A DNA stretch of 64,000 nucleotides from an uncultured Trueperaceae bacterium (GTDB lineage: Bacteria > Deinococcota > Deinococci > Deinococcales > Trueperaceae), in assembly GCA_963727505.1 (NCBI GenBank), contig CAVSGP010000009.1, forward strand, positions 480,001-544,000, given 5' to 3'. Below the pieces are notes generated by a model. It was given only the letters and a program-made list of their open reading frames with translations, made no database searches and was not told the DNA's origin. Positions 61,312 to 64,000 of the stretch are shown here, piece by piece; within the stretch, counting starts at the first letter, position 1, and every line of letters starts with the position of its first letter. A program made the translations under genes and the position numbers.

Positions 61312-61791
61312 TCACGGCTCGCCTTCCAGATCGGGCTCGAGCTCCGCTGCTGCGGCTCCGAGGTGCTGGATCTCCTCGATGAAGCGGTCGACCGAATCGA
61401 AGTCGCGGTAGACGCTCAGGAAGCGGATGTAGGCCACGTCGTCGAGGTCGCGCAGGAACTGCAGGGTGCGGCGGCCGATCTCGTCCGACGCGATCTCCGG
61501 CGCTTGCACCTCGTCCTCGAAGCTGTACGCGAACTCGCGCAGCTGCTTCTCGGTCACCGGCCGCTTGTTGCAGGCGATGCGGAGCTTGTCCAGAAGCTTG
61601 TCGGGATTGAAGGCCTCGTGTCGACCCGAGCGCTTGCGCACCATCAGGGCCTCGAACTGGGCGCGCTCGTAGGTGGTGAAGCGCCGGTGGCAGACCGCGC
61701 ACTCTCGCCGGCGCCGGATGGCCGCTCCCTCGTCCGAGGGGCGCGAGTTGATGACCCGGGTGTCTCCCGACGAGCAGTAGGGGCACTTCAT
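61312..61791 (-). CDS. nrdR: Transcriptional repressor NrdR
   Basis: MKCPYC, IRRRRECAVC, RFTTYE, ATP cone, AYIRFLSVY. Confidence 0.96.
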   Translation of the reverse strand: MKCPYCSSGDTRVINSRPSDEGAAIRRRRECAVCHRRFTTYERAQFEALMVRKRSGRHEAFNPDKLLDKLRIACNKRPVTEKQLREFAYSFEDEVQAPEIASDEIGRRTLQFLRDLDDVAYIRFLSVYRDFDSVDRFIEEIQHLGAAAAELEPDLEGEP

Positions 61792-61834
61792 GACGTCCTC
61801 CCCGGCTTGGGGCCCGTCCCCTGTGCGGCGCCGC

Positions 61835-62737
61835 TCATGGCAGGCGGTGGCGAGGCGTGTCGGCCAGGTCGCCCTCGAGATCGGACGCGTCCTCGTCGAC
61901 CAGGTGCCGGCGCAGGGCGGGCGTCCCTTGCAGGCGTTCGAAGGGCTCCTGCTCGAACTCGTCGAGCACGATGTCCTGCTCGCTCTCCTCCTCGCCCGCG
62001 TCGGCCTCCTCGTAGAGGCTCGCCTCCAGGTCGTCCTGGCGGATGCGATCATCGAGTGCAGCGCGGACCTCGGGCAACAGCGTCTCGGTGACCCGCGGGG
62101 GTGGCGGCAGCTCCACGAATACCTCCTGGCCGGAGATGCCGAGCGCGGAGGACGACCCCAGGAAGCGGACGCTGCGGACCAGCGCCGCGTCGTGCCGCGG
62201 GTCGGCGGCATCGCGCGAGGGCACCACCAGGTTGGCGCGTGGCGCCTCGTAGCGCCGCGAGAAGCTCGTCGTCAGCCGGGAGAGCGCCCCCAGCACGGCC
62301 GCCATCTGCGGTTGACGGTTGCCGGGGGGCGCGATGACCACGACCCAACCACCGTCGAGCAACCGTGCCGCTGTCTTGAGCGTCAGGTAGGCGCTGCGCA
62401 GGTCCTCCGCCACCAGCTCGGCGAACTCCCCCTCGCCCAGGTCCTCGAAAGCGGTGTGGCTCACCTGGCTGGAGACATGCACCACGCCTCCAAGCGCACC
62501 GAAGATCTCGAACACCTTGTGGAAGGCCCCCAGCACGTCCATCTGCGTGGTCATGTCGGCCTGGATCGGGATGGCCTGACCGCCCAGCTCCTCGATCTCG
62601 GCCGCCGTCTTCGCCGCCAGATCGACGTCGCGATCCGCGCAGACGACATCGTAGTCGGACTGGCCGTAGGCAAGGGCCACGGCCCGCCCGAAGCCCTGGC
62701 CCACGTTCGTGACCAGGACGACCCGGGCTGGTTCCAT
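61835..62737 (-). CDS. Atypical SDR-fold protein with acidic C-terminal tail
   Basis: VLVTNVGQGFGRAVA Rossmann variant; no YxxxK; Glu/Asp-rich tail. Confidence 0.75.
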   Translation of the reverse strand: MEPARVVLVTNVGQGFGRAVALAYGQSDYDVVCADRDVDLAAKTAAEIEELGGQAIPIQADMTTQMDVLGAFHKVFEIFGALGGVVHVSSQVSHTAFEDLGEGEFAELVAEDLRSAYLTLKTAARLLDGGWVVVIAPPGNRQPQMAAVLGALSRLTTSFSRRYEAPRANLVVPSRDAADPRHDAALVRSVRFLGSSSALGISGQEVFVELPPPPRVTETLLPEVRAALDDRIRQDDLEASLYEEADAGEEESEQDIVLDEFEQEPFERLQGTPALRRHLVDEDASDLEGDLADTPRHRLP

Positions 62738-62933
62738 GCCCACCAGGATACGACGATGCGCGCGCCGGCATCCAGCGTCGCCGCGACGCTAACCCCTCCT
62801 GACGTGAAGCCCTCCTGTGAAGCCTTTTATGACCGTTCGCATCATGGCCGGGGTACAACCTAGGCGAACCCCCGGTCAGTGCAGCGCGACGACCCATCCG
62901 TGGGGCTCGTAGCGCGGCGAGGGAGAGGAAGGC

Positions 62934-63476
62934 ATGCTGGGACGCAGCAGCAAGAAACGCAATCAGCAGACGACGGCCAGCGAGCCGTTCACGTACATTC
63001 ACCGTGGCACCACCCTCGTCGGCGATCTGGAAGCCAGCGGGCGGGTGCGGGTGCACGGGACGGTCCAGGGCAACGTCAAGGTCAGCGGCGTGCTCGAAGT
63101 CGCCGAGGCCGGCGTCATCGAGGGGGAGCGCGTCGAGGCCGACGAGGTGAAGATCCTCGGCAAGGTGCGTGCCAACGTCGATGCCAAGGGCAAGATCGAG
63201 ATCTGGAAGGACGGTCTGCTCGAGGGCAACGTGCGGGCCGCCGCGCTCGACATCGAAGAGGGCGCCTCGTTCACCGGCCGGAGCGAGATGACGGCGGGGC
63301 AGCGGTCGGCCCCGAGGCTCCCGGAGAGCGCCTCGCCATCGAGACCGGCGAACCTGAGCGGCGAGGCTGCCGCCACGCTCGGCTCCCAGGAGGCGGGCCG
63401 CGACGGGTCCGCTGAAGCGCCCGAGGCGCCGGAGGACGAGGGGGCGCCCAAGGAGGAGGAACGCGCCGGAGACTGA
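62934..63476 (+). CDS. Bactofilin (polymer-forming cytoskeletal protein)
   Basis: TYIHRGTTLVGDL...VHGTVQGNV...IEEGASFTG beta-helix pattern. Confidence 0.9.
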   Translation: MLGRSSKKRNQQTTASEPFTYIHRGTTLVGDLEASGRVRVHGTVQGNVKVSGVLEVAEAGVIEGERVEADEVKILGKVRANVDAKGKIEIWKDGLLEGNVRAAALDIEEGASFTGRSEMTAGQRSAPRLPESASPSRPANLSGEAAATLGSQEAGRDGSAEAPEAPEDEGAPKEEERAGD

Positions 63477-63587
63477 GGACGCCCGTCCGGGACGCCTTGA
63501 AGCGGCAGCGCGGTCGGCTGCTACAATGGCTCGTGCTTTCCGTGGCGGTCAGGCGACACTCTGTGCCCGAGACAGCGAGGAGGCCGC

Positions 63588-64000
63588 ATGGCGCTTGAAC
63601 GGTGGTTCCGGAGGAACCGGCCCACACGCAAGGAGGACGACAACGCGCCGGCCGGCCTGTGGCTGAAGTGTGAGGCCTGTAGCGCCCAGATCTATCGTAA
63701 AGACCTCGTCGCCAACGCGTACGTGTGCCCTGAGTGCGATCACCACTACCGGATGCCGGTGGAGGCCAGGGTCGAGTTGCTGGCCGATGCCGGCACCTTC
63801 GAACCGTGGTCCGGCGGGATCCGAGCGGAGGATCCGCTGGCTTTCGTGGACACCCAGGCCTACCCGGAGCGGCTGGAGAAGAACCAGCAGAAGCACGGCC
63901 GGCCCGACGCCATCGTCACGGGCGGAGCGCTGCTCGACGGCGAGCCGATCGGTCTGATCGTGATGGACTTCTTCTTCATGGGTGGCTCCATGGGCTCCGT
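63588..64000 (+). CDS. accD: Acetyl-CoA carboxylase carboxyltransferase beta (truncated by the window edge)
   Basis: My translation gives GLWLKCEAC...VCPECDHH, DPLAFVD, MDFFFMGGSMGS; SD GAGGAGG. Confidence 0.93.
   Translation, partial: MALERWFRRNRPTRKEDDNAPAGLWLKCEACSAQIYRKDLVANAYVCPECDHHYRMPVEARVELLADAGTFEPWSGGIRAEDPLAFVDTQAYPERLEKNQQKHGRPDAIVTGGALLDGEPIGLIVMDFFFMGGSMGS

Overview
High-GC, gene-dense chromosomal segment that looks like Deinococcota (Truepera/Deinococcus-like). This is inferred from gene content (futalosine hydrolase, split PntA, HAIR-like site at clpB) and pervasive leaderless TANNNT promoters. It is mostly housekeeping: folC, galM, GH31, serS, gatC, thpR, phoU/phoBR-like, rocF, zwf-gnd, tyrS, pfkA, pntAB, clpB, asnB, rqcH, fba, mqnB, ftsY, gltX, uppP, rplM-rpsI, nrdR, bactofilin and accD. 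One ~11 kb accessory sugar operon encodes LacI, a family-5 ABC importer, a Gfo/Idh/MocA oxidoreductase, a TIM-barrel isomerase-like protein, GH3 and a VOC protein. I see no CRISPR array, rRNA/tRNA, transposase, integrase or phage genes. Main points of interest: (1) a 1-nt frameshift in pfkA inside a zwf/gnd/pnt redox neighbourhood; (2) an unassigned three-way-junction RNA candidate with a switch-like alternative pairing, ahead of a small ORF next to rplM; (3) a possible oxidative/eliminative glycoside pathway in the sugar operon; (4) two apparent pseudo-enzymes flanking nrdR; (5) a leaderless uORF coupled to phoB; (6) several readable operators; (7) recurrent short tandem duplications at gene ends. 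All family calls are by-eye motif recognition, not database searches.
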